DNA of 64,000 bases, from IMG/VR virus record IMGVR_UViG_3300021431_000084. The stretch is one strand, 5' to 3'. Shown here one piece after another: positions 49,552-59,363 of this stretch. A program made the position numbers and the translations under genes. The first letter of the stretch is position 1. Every line of letters starts with the position of its first letter. The notes under the pieces were generated by a model. The model was not told the DNA's origin. It saw only the letters and a list, made by a program, of their open reading frames with translations, and searched no databases. The DNA is from a virus. Lineage: Duplodnaviria; Caudoviricetes.

Positions 49552-50733
49552 TTAACTCCTAACTAATACAAGTTTCTCCGATGCTCTAGTACATGCGGTG
49601 TATAACCAGCGCGCATGTTCCTTCTTATCATAGGGGAAAGGATCTTCAATAACCAGTACCTTGTCCCATTCGCTGCCCTGTGCTTTGTGGCAAGTGATCG
49701 CGTATCCAAAATCGTAATCTCTGGGTAAAAAATCTCCGATACGACTCTTAATCATTCTTAATCTATAATTCTCTCTAAAATCAAGATAAGGCTCACCAGA
49801 AGTAATAAGAGTTTTATCCATTGGTGTATCTAAAAAGATATTATTTTCATCAACTTCAAAATCGCATCTAATGACAGGAACTTCCTTCTTTTTTATTCTT
49901 GCTATTGGTGGAATTTGAATTGTAGTATCAATTGGATTGTGAATAATACCTGTCAAACCATTTACAAGTGGATCACCATTTGTTGAAAAATCGTCCCAAA
50001 AATTACGAAGACAAATCATCTTTTCGCCTTCTTGCGGCAAGCCGCTAAAACCCAACATCGCACGCATCTGATCATTGACAGCACGTCTTGTTGCATTGGT
50101 TCCCGTGATCACCTGATCCGCCCAAGTATAACAACCATCTACTAACTGACTCTTGGGCATAATCTGTATTTGTTCGCCCTTATAAAAATCAATAGGCTGC
50201 ATATTACGAATTGCTAATGTAAGTTTAATAATTTCAGAATCTGCTTCTTGTCTCATAATCTCGTCTAAGAACACATGCGGGTGGTCGAGATAATCATGGG
50301 CCTCGTCCTTATCTATCTGGGGCAACTGGAACGGATCTCCAAGAAAGATAACAAAGGCTCGATGTGTTAAGAGTAATTCTATCATACTCTTTGGAACCAT
50401 CGAAACCTCATCGACTACTACTACCTTTTTATCTATTCTCTCTTTTGGTCTACGGATATAGCCACCAGTAGGAAGAGGAAAATGGTCGTAAAGAAGTTTG
50501 TGAAGTGTTATCGCACCAGGATTACCCTTCTTTCTCAAGACTTCTGCGGCCTTGCCAGTGAAGGTCGCATAGGCTACATCTTCAGGGTTTACCTTCAAAG
50601 CCTCGATTGCCACTTTAACCAGTGTTGACTTACCTGTGCCTGCGTACCCTGAGATCGTCACGAACTTGTCATGATTCCCACAACGAGCAACGATTTCTTT
50701 AAGTCCTTCTTCTTGACGCGAAGTCAAAATCAT
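49552..50733 (-). CDS. RecD/Dda-like SF1B helicase
   Basis: GYAGTGKS, DEVSM, GDPFQL, MRQ, YAITCHKAQGSE, YTACTRA. Confidence 0.92.
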   Translation of the reverse strand: MILTSRQEEGLKEIVARCGNHDKFVTISGYAGTGKSTLVKVAIEALKVNPEDVAYATFTGKAAEVLRKKGNPGAITLHKLLYDHFPLPTGGYIRRPKERIDKKVVVVDEVSMVPKSMIELLLTHRAFVIFLGDPFQLPQIDKDEAHDYLDHPHVFLDEIMRQEADSEIIKLTLAIRNMQPIDFYKGEQIQIMPKSQLVDGCYTWADQVITGTNATRRAVNDQMRAMLGFSGLPQEGEKMICLRNFWDDFSTNGDPLVNGLTGIIHNPIDTTIQIPPIARIKKKEVPVIRCDFEVDENNIFLDTPMDKTLITSGEPYLDFRENYRLRMIKSRIGDFLPRDYDFGYAITCHKAQGSEWDKVLVIEDPFPYDKKEHARWLYTACTRASEKLVLVRS

Positions 50734-51596
50734 ATTTTACCCATAATCCTTTCCAAAGTTATTTTTTCATTATAATTTATACGAATTAATTTAATGTTTT
50801 TATTTTTACAATATTCGTCTTTTAACCTATCCCTTATTATTCCATTTTCAGAGTAATAATTATTATTTTTATCGTAATGTTGTGGTCCGTCATATTCTAA
50901 TAAATGTAATAAATTCCAATTATCATCAAATATGGCAAAATCAAAACGTAATTTATTCACAAAAATCAAATCTTCAAAAGTAAATTCTTTTTTAAAGTTT
51001 ATATGATTTTCTGTTAAGATTTTTGTTATTATTTCTTCTCCTTTAGATTTTATACATCCACAAGAATAAGTTAAATTGTTTCTTAAAGAAAAACCTCTGA
51101 TTGATTTTATGTTACCACATTCACACTTACAAATCCAATAAGAATCCTGCTCATGGCCAGTGTGTTCTGCAGTTAAGTCTCTTTTTAAAACAGTCAATTT
51201 GCCAAATTTTAAACCGGTCATATCTATTAAAGTGCTTTTTTTATTATGGCATTGTTCACAAAATTGTCTTCCACTTTTTAATACATTAGATGCTATATTT
51301 TGAACATTACCACAATTAATACATTGACATTGTAAAATAATACTTTTATCTTTAGCTCTTAATGTGGTTATATCAATAATTTTAAAATTATTGATAGTTT
51401 GTCCTATTAATTGTGCACTTCTGTTACAATTGCACTTTGGACCTTTTCTTAATTCAGTTGATCTAATTGATTTTATTTTTTTACAATTTTTACATTCACA
51501 AATCCAATAAGCAGCGGCAGTATTCTTACTTTCGTCACGTTTTATAACAGTATAATTACCAAAAACTAAATTAGGACTTATATCACTTTTTCTCAT
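50730..51596 (-). mobile_element. putative homing endonuclease: three Cys-rich repeats plus Vsr-like PD-(D/E)xK domain
   Basis: repeated WICEC/CxC.C units; SKGE...RFDFAI...EYDGPQHY; very AT-rich. Confidence 0.7.
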
Positions 51597-51670
51597 TACT
51601 TTTTACCTCCTTTATAATATATGGAGATTAAAAATAACAAGTTAACAAGAATTGTCCTTTTTCTTCTTGC

Positions 51671-51916
51671 TTAGTTGTTAGTATCATACTTCTTTGCTTC
51701 CTCTATATATAATGTACCATCTACTTTTACAACTGGCAATGTGAGTGAAGGAAAATAACCATTACCATATTCCAAATTAATAATCAACCATCTTCCCTCT
51801 TGTTGTTTATTAGTTAAAATATAAACTCCTTCTTCACCTTCTGAAAGTATAAATAAATCACCGGGTTTAAGGTTGTTTATAGTTGTTATACTATTACCAT
51901 TTCTTACTATTTTCAT
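51671..51916 (-). CDS. hypothetical protein
   Basis: packed in the operon. Confidence 0.6.
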   Translation of the reverse strand: MKIVRNGNSITTINNLKPGDLFILSEGEEGVYILTNKQQEGRWLIINLEYGNGYFPSLTLPVVKVDGTLYIEEAKKYDTNN

Positions 51917-52064
51917 TTTTACTCAACCTTTCAATATCGTTAATTGTCCACATTGTTCCTTTCAGTTGTCTAAAAATAGGAAGAACTTTATTATCATCTT
52001 CAGACCTAATTACTTGTTTAATTGTTTCATACATAAACAGGTCATCATAAAATTCTTTTCTCAT
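51894..52064 (-). CDS. hypothetical protein
   Basis: start MRKEF after AGGGA. Confidence 0.55.
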   Translation of the reverse strand: MRKEFYDDLFMYETIKQVIRSEDDNKVLPIFRQLKGTMWTINDIERLSKNENSKKW

Positions 52065-52078
52065 ATTTATCCCTACTC

Positions 52079-52246
52079 TCACATATTGTCATCATATCCG
52101 TATGCTGCTAAAATGTCTATAAAATTTTGAGGATCAATTGTACCCTCAGCATCAAAATATAATGGCTTGAAATCATTATCATAATTCTTCATAACCATAT
52201 CTGCAACTCTTAACATATCATAAAATGAAACCTTATTTTTATCCAT
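52079..52246 (-). CDS. small hypothetical protein (55 aa, not in the ORF track)
   Basis: SD AGGTG; MDKNKV...DDNM*. Confidence 0.6.
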   Translation of the reverse strand: MDKNKVSFYDMLRVADMVMKNYDNDFKPLYFDAEGTIDPQNFIDILAAYGYDDNM

Positions 52247-52340
52247 AAAAACACCTACCTATATAAACCAAACCTATACAAATTAAAGTTAATGTATCAA
52301 ATAAAATTATAAGATACAAAATCCATTCAATTAACTTCAT
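52239..52340 (-). CDS. 33-aa hydrophobic membrane peptide (not in the ORF track)
   Basis: MKLIEWILYLIIFIDTLTLICIGLVYIGRCFYG*; first ORF after a consensus promoter. Confidence 0.45.
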   Translation of the reverse strand: MKLIEWILYLIILFDTLTLICIGLVYIGRCFYG

Positions 52341-52374
52341 TTTAAACCCTTCTACTTATTTTTTCTTATACTTT

Positions 52375-52403
52375 ATTATAACATAAATTTTAATTTTTGT
52401 CAA
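52375..52403 (-). promoter_or_regulatory. consensus sigmaA promoter
   Basis: TTGACA-N17-TATAAT; the TGA of the -35 box is the upstream stop codon. Confidence 0.85.
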
Positions 52404-53245
52404 GAGGGAGAAAAATAGTTAAGAGCTGTTGTAGCATTGTTCTGGCGTCTTCCATAACTTGCAGAAGAACATCTCTCATATGAATGAGCAAATGAAAGTG
52501 CAGCTTCTCTTTCATCAGTTAAGTTACAGAAATTTTCATAACTCATATTACCATAACAATCATATTCATATTCAATAGTACGATTGAGATAATCCAATTG
52601 TTCAACTAAATTGCAATACCATACTTCTCCATATATAGAAGAATTCCATTGACATATACCATAATATCCTCCCGAATTTTGAGCAGAAGGATTAATATCT
52701 AATGAGTTACCCCCTGCCTCGTTCATGATGTTCCCGAGAACACCGGCCGCAACATAATCATTATATCCCATTTCAACTGTAAGATATAACCAAATTGTTG
52801 TTGCTTCTGGGTACTCTTCATATCTTTGTTCCCATTCAGCTTCTTCTTCTTCAATAAGTAATAATTGATAATATTCTAAAAAATATTTATAATTATCAGT
52901 CAGTTCTTGCCTCGCATTTTCTAAATCATCAAGATATTCTTCAATAGTTTCATATTGAGAAACTTCTGCAATTCTTTCCTCATACATAACCACTTGACGC
53001 TGATAATGGAGAGTATACTGTCTCGCTTCATCAGAATCAAGTGGTATTGGACGTGGAGTGGGAGTAGGAGTAGAGGTGGGTTCAACCACCTCTACTACTG
53101 TTGTTTCTATTGGTAGTTCATAAGTTTCTGAAGGTTCATCCTCTTTAAAAATAAAGTCTGAAATAAAACATACTGCAATTACTATGGTAAAGAAAATTAT
53201 TATAAATATTCCTATGAAATCTACCATTATATCTCTATTATGCAT
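52400..53245 (-). CDS. membrane-anchored phage-tail-lysozyme-family muramidase
   Basis: TM helix, PT linker, AAGVLGNIMNE...GICQW...QLDY...F...YER. Confidence 0.8.
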   Translation of the reverse strand: MHNRDIMVDFIGIFIIIFFTIVIAVCFISDFIFKEDEPSETYELPIETTVVEVVEPTSTPTPTPRPIPLDSDEARQYTLHYQRQVVMYEERIAEVSQYETIEEYLDDLENARQELTDNYKYFLEYYQLLLIEEEEAEWEQRYEEYPEATTIWLYLTVEMGYNDYVAAGVLGNIMNEAGGNSLDINPSAQNSGGYYGICQWNSSIYGEVWYCNLVEQLDYLNRTIEYEYDCYGNMSYENFCNLTDEREAALSFAHSYERCSSASYGRRQNNATTALNYFSPS

Positions 53246-53255
53246 AAATTTCTCC

Positions 53256-55037
53256 TTAAAAATAATATTCTGTTTGTCCTGTGGCTTCAATATCATCAAT
53301 AACAATTTGACCGGTTACAAAACCATTCCATTCATTTAATGAACATTTGCCAAGGATGTTGATGAAGGTACATCCATGTTCTGGTGGTGTAAGTTCTTCG
53401 ACTTTCTCGTCTGAAACTCCAAACATAACCATTGTTACACCATTAGACATTTCAATTCTTATTGTATGTTTATTTGTATCTCCATAAACAGAAAAATTAT
53501 CGGGAGTGATTGAAATGTTTTCAACTACAATTAAAGGTTCTTCTAAACTCTGTCCCCATACTAATCTTAATTCAGCAATTTCTTTTATATCTTCTTTTGT
53601 AAAATCATTTTTACCCCAAATAAAATCAACTCTGGAACAAGGTGTAAAAGAGCAATCTTTCAATTTTTCATTAGAATAATTGATGAAGTTTTCAAAATCT
53701 TTATCAGCGATAGAACAACCAAAAGCTGAAGCATGTCCTTCGCTTAAAAGAGAATATCCACTTTGCTTTACAAAATCCTTAAAATCTGTAAAATCTTTTG
53801 TATTATATCCTCTACCAGAACCATCCCAAGTTATGGTATTATCTTCATGTGTTACTTCTGTCAGTAACAAAAATGGATGTTTATATTTAGCCATTAATTT
53901 GTTTGCAATAAGTCCTGTAAGATTTCTACTTATCAACTGGCCAGGTTTTAACTTGACCGCAATAATTTTATTTTCATCAAGGTGCTTTTCCTTAATAATA
54001 CCTTCTACAATTTCAATATTTTTTGAAACACTACTATCTTGGTGTCTTTTAATATTGGTAGCGTTGCGGCAGGCTTGTTCTGCGACTGTTTCGAACTGGC
54101 CCTTGCACCCTCTCTTAGTTGAAGGAATCATTGCCCTACCCTTGAAGTCAAGCATTGATTCAAAAAGTAATAACTTCTCTTCTATTGTTCCCATTCTAAT
54201 TGTTCCATTTATTTGTGGTACAACATAGAAACTAATAGAAAATGGGCAAAGACCACCAGCCTTGTTGATAGAATAAGCTGCCTGATGAGTCATTTGAGTT
54301 ACAAATGGGTTTTTAATATTGGCCAAACCTGTTTCAATAAGATATTTTGTTTCATAATCTCTTATATCCATCATATCACCAATTAAACCAATAGCAACTA
54401 AGTCAGTTATTTCTTCAGAATAATTTTTGTTTATGATTTCATCCATTCGACTACAAAACTTATAAACTACACCGACTCCCGACAATGACTTAGTTGGATA
54501 ATCATTTGATAACTGATTATTAATTACAACAGCATCTTGCGAATATCTTTCAGCTTCGTGGTGGTCAAGAACTAAAATGTCATATCCTTTTTCTTTTAGT
54601 TCTTTGTGTTGCTCATAATCATTACTACTTGAATCTGGACAAATGATTAACTTAAATTCTGGGTGGCGTTCTATGTAAGCCATATTATCTGCTAATCCAT
54701 GTTGCTTTCCATCATGCACACGATATGAAATTTTAGTTTGTGTGTAATACGGAAAAACAAGATTAAGATAATTTATTAGTGCGGCCGCGCTCGTGTACCC
54801 ATCGGCATCGCAGTCAACTATTACCAAGATCTGGTCATTGTTCTTAATATGACCAATTAGCATTTTTATTCCTTCGTCCATATGATCCAATCTTCGTGGA
54901 TCTACAAGATCGGCCTCTGAAGTAGAGAGATAGTGCTGGATGCAGTCGGGCGCAATACCACGGGCCGCAAATATCTTTTCAATAGTTGAGTATGTATTTT
55001 CTATCGGCAATAAAGCCTCTCTTAACATATATTCCAT
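53256..55037 (-). CDS. recJ: RecJ-like DHH ssDNA exonuclease
   Basis: DCDADG, DHH, LSGVGV, GSGR, GHASAFG. Confidence 0.92.
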   Translation of the reverse strand: MEYMLREALLPIENTYSTIEKIFAARGIAPDCIQHYLSTSEADLVDPRRLDHMDEGIKMLIGHIKNNDQILVIVDCDADGYTSAAALINYLNLVFPYYTQTKISYRVHDGKQHGLADNMAYIERHPEFKLIICPDSSSNDYEQHKELKEKGYDILVLDHHEAERYSQDAVVINNQLSNDYPTKSLSGVGVVYKFCSRMDEIINKNYSEEITDLVAIGLIGDMMDIRDYETKYLIETGLANIKNPFVTQMTHQAAYSINKAGGLCPFSISFYVVPQINGTIRMGTIEEKLLLFESMLDFKGRAMIPSTKRGCKGQFETVAEQACRNATNIKRHQDSSVSKNIEIVEGIIKEKHLDENKIIAVKLKPGQLISRNLTGLIANKLMAKYKHPFLLLTEVTHEDNTITWDGSGRGYNTKDFTDFKDFVKQSGYSLLSEGHASAFGCSIADKDFENFINYSNEKLKDCSFTPCSRVDFIWGKNDFTKEDIKEIAELRLVWGQSLEEPLIVVENISITPDNFSVYGDTNKHTIRIEMSNGVTMVMFGVSDEKVEELTPPEHGCTFINILGKCSLNEWNGFVTGQIVIDDIEATGQTEYYF

Positions 55038-56140
55038 TACAATACAATTCTCTCCTTAAATAACTGTAAAAACTTTTCTTTTCCTTCATCTATTGGTGCG
55101 CTTTTATAATTTGTAATCATTTTCTTATCAAATATAAAAGAAATTATAGTAGAGTTCTTATATCTTTCTCTAATTTTTAATAAATTATCTTTTAAATGGT
55201 TAAACTCCTTATCTCCTATCTTTTGGAATTGTCTGTCAAATGCTATAATAACTTCTTCAACTCCTGCATCCATTAACAACTGCATTTGATAACTGGAGAT
55301 ATTCGAACCACAACAAGCTACCGCTATATCATTATCTTTTCCAAAAAGACTAATATACTTTAATACAGATTTTTCTGATTCAAATATAATTGCCTTCTTT
55401 GCTGCTTTTATATTTTCTTTCGCCCAATTAAAACCATACAAGTTAAAACCAAGAGGGTGATTATATAACTTACCTTGTATTAGTAAAGGTCGATATTTGC
55501 CATATAATTCTCCCTCTTCCTTACTCATGGTACGGCCTCTTAAACCTATGAAACGATTATCTTTATCAAAGTGCGGGATAGTGATCTGATCTCCGCCAAG
55601 ATAATATCCAATACATGCAAGGTCTAATACTTCTTGAGTTATTCCTTCTTCGAGCCAAGGCTTTAACACAATATCATAACTCATTCTTTCAAGAATACTA
55701 TCATCATATTCTTTTAATTGTATATCTGATACACTTTTTATTTCAATTTTCTTAATTCTATCATAAGATGCAAGAACATTCCAATCTTCTAAATCTTCTT
55801 CTCCGTTGCTCTCTACAGTTCCGTAGAGACCAAATTTTCCAGCAACCCATCTGACTGCTTCATTCAAATCAATTTCTTGGTCATACTGTATCTTAAAACA
55901 TTTGATTACTAATTCAAATATATCAAAACTTGGAGTAGAACAACCTGTATAACAATTTAATAATTTACTATTTGAATAGTAGTACAATTTATGACTTCCA
56001 CAACCAGGACAATTATGACATATAGTATCAGACACAATAGCACCATTTGACCAGGTTGGGTTTCCACCCAACTCTGTCAAAACCTCGAAGATATTTTCTT
56101 CTGTTAATGCCTGTTTAATTTTATCCTTATCATATGCCAT
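55037..56140 (-). CDS. dnaG: DNA primase (Zn finger + TOPRIM)
   Basis: CHN...CYTGC, ITIPH...GLRGR, LYG, IIFESEKS, IIAFD. Confidence 0.8.
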   Translation of the reverse strand: MAYDKDKIKQALTEENIFEVLTELGGNPTWSNGAIVSDTICHNCPGCGSHKLYYYSNSKLLNCYTGCSTPSFDIFELVIKCFKIQYDQEIDLNEAVRWVAGKFGLYGTVESNGEEDLEDWNVLASYDRIKKIEIKSVSDIQLKEYDDSILERMSYDIVLKPWLEEGITQEVLDLACIGYYLGGDQITIPHFDKDNRFIGLRGRTMSKEEGELYGKYRPLLIQGKLYNHPLGFNLYGFNWAKENIKAAKKAIIFESEKSVLKYISLFGKDNDIAVACCGSNISSYQMQLLMDAGVEEVIIAFDRQFQKIGDKEFNHLKDNLLKIRERYKNSTIISFIFDKKMITNYKSAPIDEGKEKFLQLFKERIVL

Positions 56141-57675
56141 TAACATTGTTCAAAGGCTCCTTCTTCTTCTACCATAATGCTCAAATTGTTAATCTGAACA
56201 ATTTCATAATCATAAGTTGTTGCAAACATTGGTTGAATTCTACAAGTTCCAAGATTTGCTTTACACCAAAGATATATTCCCTTATATCTTCCTCGTCTAT
56301 TCTTATAGATAGACAACTTAATTGCTGGTGTCTCAAAAGTTCCGGTACTTAAAATATCAACAAGTGCTTCTTTATCTTTCTGTGTTACTCCTAAGAGAAT
56401 AGCACCGTAGTCAATCTTATCAGCTATGGCTTTAGCACCTCTTAACAAGTTCTGGTCAGGTGTCTCTGAATCTACATAAGAACCATTCAACTGTGTAGCA
56501 CTTTCGATAAATACTCCATACTGATTACAAATATCCTTAAGTTTTGTAGAAAGGATAAACAAAATATTATCCTCTCTTAACTTAACTCCACCACTTCTTC
56601 TTGTTATCTCTTCCAAGATTTTCATTGAGGTATGAATATAATCATGGAATACATATTTAACATCGTGTTCACGAATGTTCTGCTTAATCTTATTCTCAAC
56701 ATCCTGCAACGAGAAGTCAGGAAGTTCCTCAACATAAAGAGGACTACGAGATATAACCTGTGCGGCGTGGAGGACGCGCTCCTCTTCATCGCCCACATAT
56801 GTACCATTGAGGATGTGGTCTTCATCGACATTGGACAAGAACGCAAGCATCATCGTCTGGACTTCTTTCAAATCCTGCTCTGTTGCTATGAACAAAGTTG
56901 GTTCCATTGTTCCATTCTTAATCCAACCAAATGAATCATCATATATTTCATCGCACGCGATATAGCATGCATCAGCAATCAGGCTACGTGTCTTACCAAT
57001 ACCAGTGGCCGCACTTCTAATATAGAACTTTCTTAATCTTGCGCCCCTCGTTACTGTGTTGATTAAGTTCCCATACAAAGGAACTCCTACTTCTGGGTTC
57101 TCCTTCAAATCATTAATTAAGTCAATGATACCGTCACCAGCCTGTGAAGCCTCCCCATAAGATTCATCAACATATTGTAATCTAATTGCTTCAATTTTTC
57201 TATCAACTTTATTCGCAATATCTTCAAGAGTCATATTATCCAGTTGGTCTTCTTGAAGTTGCTTTTTCTTTACATCTAATAAATCTGGATCATAAATGTC
57301 AGTTACATCTATTCCATAATTGTCATATACTCTCAAAAGTGTCATTTTCTTTAAGCGATTATAATAGTAGTCAAATGATAATGTCTGCGCACTATCTGTG
57401 ACTTTCATTAACCATTTGTCGCCATCTTGCTTTTTATAAATCGCTTCGCTCTTGGGTCTTGAAGACAAGAAGTCATTTATATTTTCAAGAGTTATTGTCT
57501 TCGCTCCCAATTCATGAATCTTATATATAGCACCGAAGACAACTCTGTGGAAATCATCAGTGAAGTCCTCGTCTGTTACTATATACTTGTCAGTGAGTTC
57601 CAAGAGGTTAGGGTTGTTATATACACAACCGATAACCTGAACTACACTTGTCATATCTACATATTTTGAACCCAT
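56140..57675 (-). CDS. dnaB: replicative DnaB-like helicase
   Basis: AATGIGKT, IATE, HDYI, ATQLN, KNRRG. Confidence 0.9.
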   Translation of the reverse strand: MGSKYVDMTSVVQVIGCVYNNPNLLELTDKYIVTDEDFTDDFHRVVFGAIYKIHELGAKTITLENINDFLSSRPKSEAIYKKQDGDKWLMKVTDSAQTLSFDYYYNRLKKMTLLRVYDNYGIDVTDIYDPDLLDVKKKQLQEDQLDNMTLEDIANKVDRKIEAIRLQYVDESYGEASQAGDGIIDLINDLKENPEVGVPLYGNLINTVTRGARLRKFYIRSAATGIGKTRSLIADACYIACDEIYDDSFGWIKNGTMEPTLFIATEQDLKEVQTMMLAFLSNVDEDHILNGTYVGDEEERVLHAAQVISRSPLYVEELPDFSLQDVENKIKQNIREHDVKYVFHDYIHTSMKILEEITRRSGGVKLREDNILFILSTKLKDICNQYGVFIESATQLNGSYVDSETPDQNLLRGAKAIADKIDYGAILLGVTQKDKEALVDILSTGTFETPAIKLSIYKNRRGRYKGIYLWCKANLGTCRIQPMFATTYDYEIVQINNLSIMVEEEGAFEQC

Positions 57676-57681
57676 TGTTCT

Positions 57682-58188
57682 TTACTCCTTGTCTAAAAAA
57701 CTAAACAATCTTCTTTTTCTTTTTTGCGGTCTTTCTGGACTTTTTATGTGAACCACTTGTTGTTGTATCTGTAAGTCAGCGGCAGTTTTATCTTTATTCT
57801 TTTGGTTTGCTTCCCAAATGGAATAATAATAATTATAAGCATCTTTGTAAATATATGGAACTATTCCAATACCACTATTTGCTTTTTCTATTGAATTACC
57901 TTTGACTTCATAAAAATACACCAATGCTTTATGAATACCAGAATAAGTATAATGATATTCTTCAACATATTGCTTAATCTGTTTTTGTATTCTTGGTGTC
58001 ACATAATCGAGTTTAAACAACTTCATTATGTAGTTATCAAGTGCAGTTTTGTCATTTGCCTCCTTTTGCTCAGCTTCTGTTCTTTTTTCGTAACACTCTT
58101 TATGAGAATATCTATTGCCTTCTTTGACACACGGAACAGTATCGCGGTCAAAAGTCTGATTACAGCACTTACATTTAACTTTGTGCAT
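57682..58188 (-). CDS. replication-module Zn-finger protein (possible loader/initiator)
   Basis: CKCC...HKEC, GIGIVPYIY; SD AAGGAG; directly upstream of the helicase. Confidence 0.55.
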   Translation of the reverse strand: MHKVKCKCCNQTFDRDTVPCVKEGNRYSHKECYEKRTEAEQKEANDKTALDNYIMKLFKLDYVTPRIQKQIKQYVEEYHYTYSGIHKALVYFYEVKGNSIEKANSGIGIVPYIYKDAYNYYYSIWEANQKNKDKTAADLQIQQQVVHIKSPERPQKRKRRLFSFLDKE

Positions 58189-58225
58189 GAACAGATTTCT
58201 CCTTTTAAAAATATTATACAATAAT

Positions 58226-58276
58226 ATTATAACATTTTTTATTAAAAAAGCCAACCCGATATTGAATCGGGTTGGC
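58226..58276 (-). terminator. intrinsic terminator overlapping the next sigmaA promoter
   Basis: GCCAACCCGAT/ATCGGGTTGGC stem + T6; TTGGCT-N17-TATAAT at 58254-58226. Confidence 0.8.
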
Positions 58277-58371
58277 CTGACATAGAAAGGATAAGATACT
58301 TTGATAGAGTTTACTGTTTAGATGATCTTCTAAAAGATTGGAAATTATTAAAATAAACTCTGGGATAAAAG

Positions 58372-59343
58372 TTAAAGTAAAGTATCCTTAATTTCTCCAT
58401 TAATGACTGCGATAACCTCTGCCTGAGCAATAGTTGCATCGCCAATCTTCTTGCCCTTACCAAGATGCTTCTCAATAATAGCGGTAATCTTAGGCTGATA
58501 ATCTTGGCTCTTATTCATAAGAGTAGTAGCCATTTCCTTGAACTCAGCCATAAGACTGTCAAAGTCGTAAGTTGCAGCAGCTGCAATCTTCTCCTTTTCT
58601 TCAGTAACAAACTTGTTACCAGTGTTATTAGCTTCTTCGTCAATTGCCTTATTCAAAGCATCAACGAGTGACTGATATGAGAAAGGAATTACCTTGTCAA
58701 TGCAAGAGAATCTTGATTTGCACTCAATAGTTCCATCGTCTGAACGAAGAACCAACTTTCTTTCTCCCTTATCAACATCAATATAACCCTCAATATCAAC
58801 CATGTTCTTAATGATTTCATTATAAACATTAGAGCAAGAAGGGCCGATAGCGTTATACTGTGTCTGGTCCTTGTTAGTGACAGTTCTCTCCTTTGAGTGT
58901 GAAATGAAAACAACTGCATATCCCTTCATAGCAATATTACGGAAAGTTGTCTCCCACTCCTTCTTTACCTTGGCCCAACCATTCTTAGTCCAGCCACCGT
59001 CACCAATATTTTCAATATCAAGCTGAGAACAAACATACTTCTCACAAAGTTGTGAAGCAATATCTACTGTATCAATAACAACACTCTTGAAATTTTCTTT
59101 AACCTCTGGGTCGTCCAGCTGACGAAGAACTTGCTTCATTTCTGCCCAAGAAGTAATATCCTGAGCAATAACTCCCGGCAATGCGTTATATCCACGCTCA
59201 AATGCAAGTAAGAGTGGATCGGGCATCTGGGAACCGAAAGTTGTCTTTCCGGCTCCACCCGGTCCGTAGATATAAGTAATATAGCCAGAAAGATCTCTAC
59301 TTACCTTGTGGGGCTTTAACCCCTTAAGATTTATAGTTGCCAT
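58372..59343 (-). CDS. AAA_24/Sak4-like P-loop ATPase (recombination)
   Basis: YGPGGAGKTT, VVIDT, FISH, KSRF. Confidence 0.8.
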   Translation of the reverse strand: MATINLKGLKPHKVSRDLSGYITYIYGPGGAGKTTFGSQMPDPLLLAFERGYNALPGVIAQDITSWAEMKQVLRQLDDPEVKENFKSVVIDTVDIASQLCEKYVCSQLDIENIGDGGWTKNGWAKVKKEWETTFRNIAMKGYAVVFISHSKERTVTNKDQTQYNAIGPSCSNVYNEIIKNMVDIEGYIDVDKGERKLVLRSDDGTIECKSRFSCIDKVIPFSYQSLVDALNKAIDEEANNTGNKFVTEEKEKIAAAATYDFDSLMAEFKEMATTLMNKSQDYQPKITAIIEKHLGKGKKIGDATIAQAEVIAVINGEIKDTLL

Positions 59344-59363
59344 ATTATCTTATACCTCCAATA

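Noticed and set aside
39232-57675. Inteins or introns in nrdD, dnaE and the helicases (also terL)
   Set aside because: Normal lengths, continuous motifs, no splice-junction signatures
58246-58356. Plus-strand reading frame (...IERIRYFDRVYCLDDLLKDWKLLK*)
   Set aside because: No ATG, GTG or TTG start in frame; better explained as minus-strand UTR
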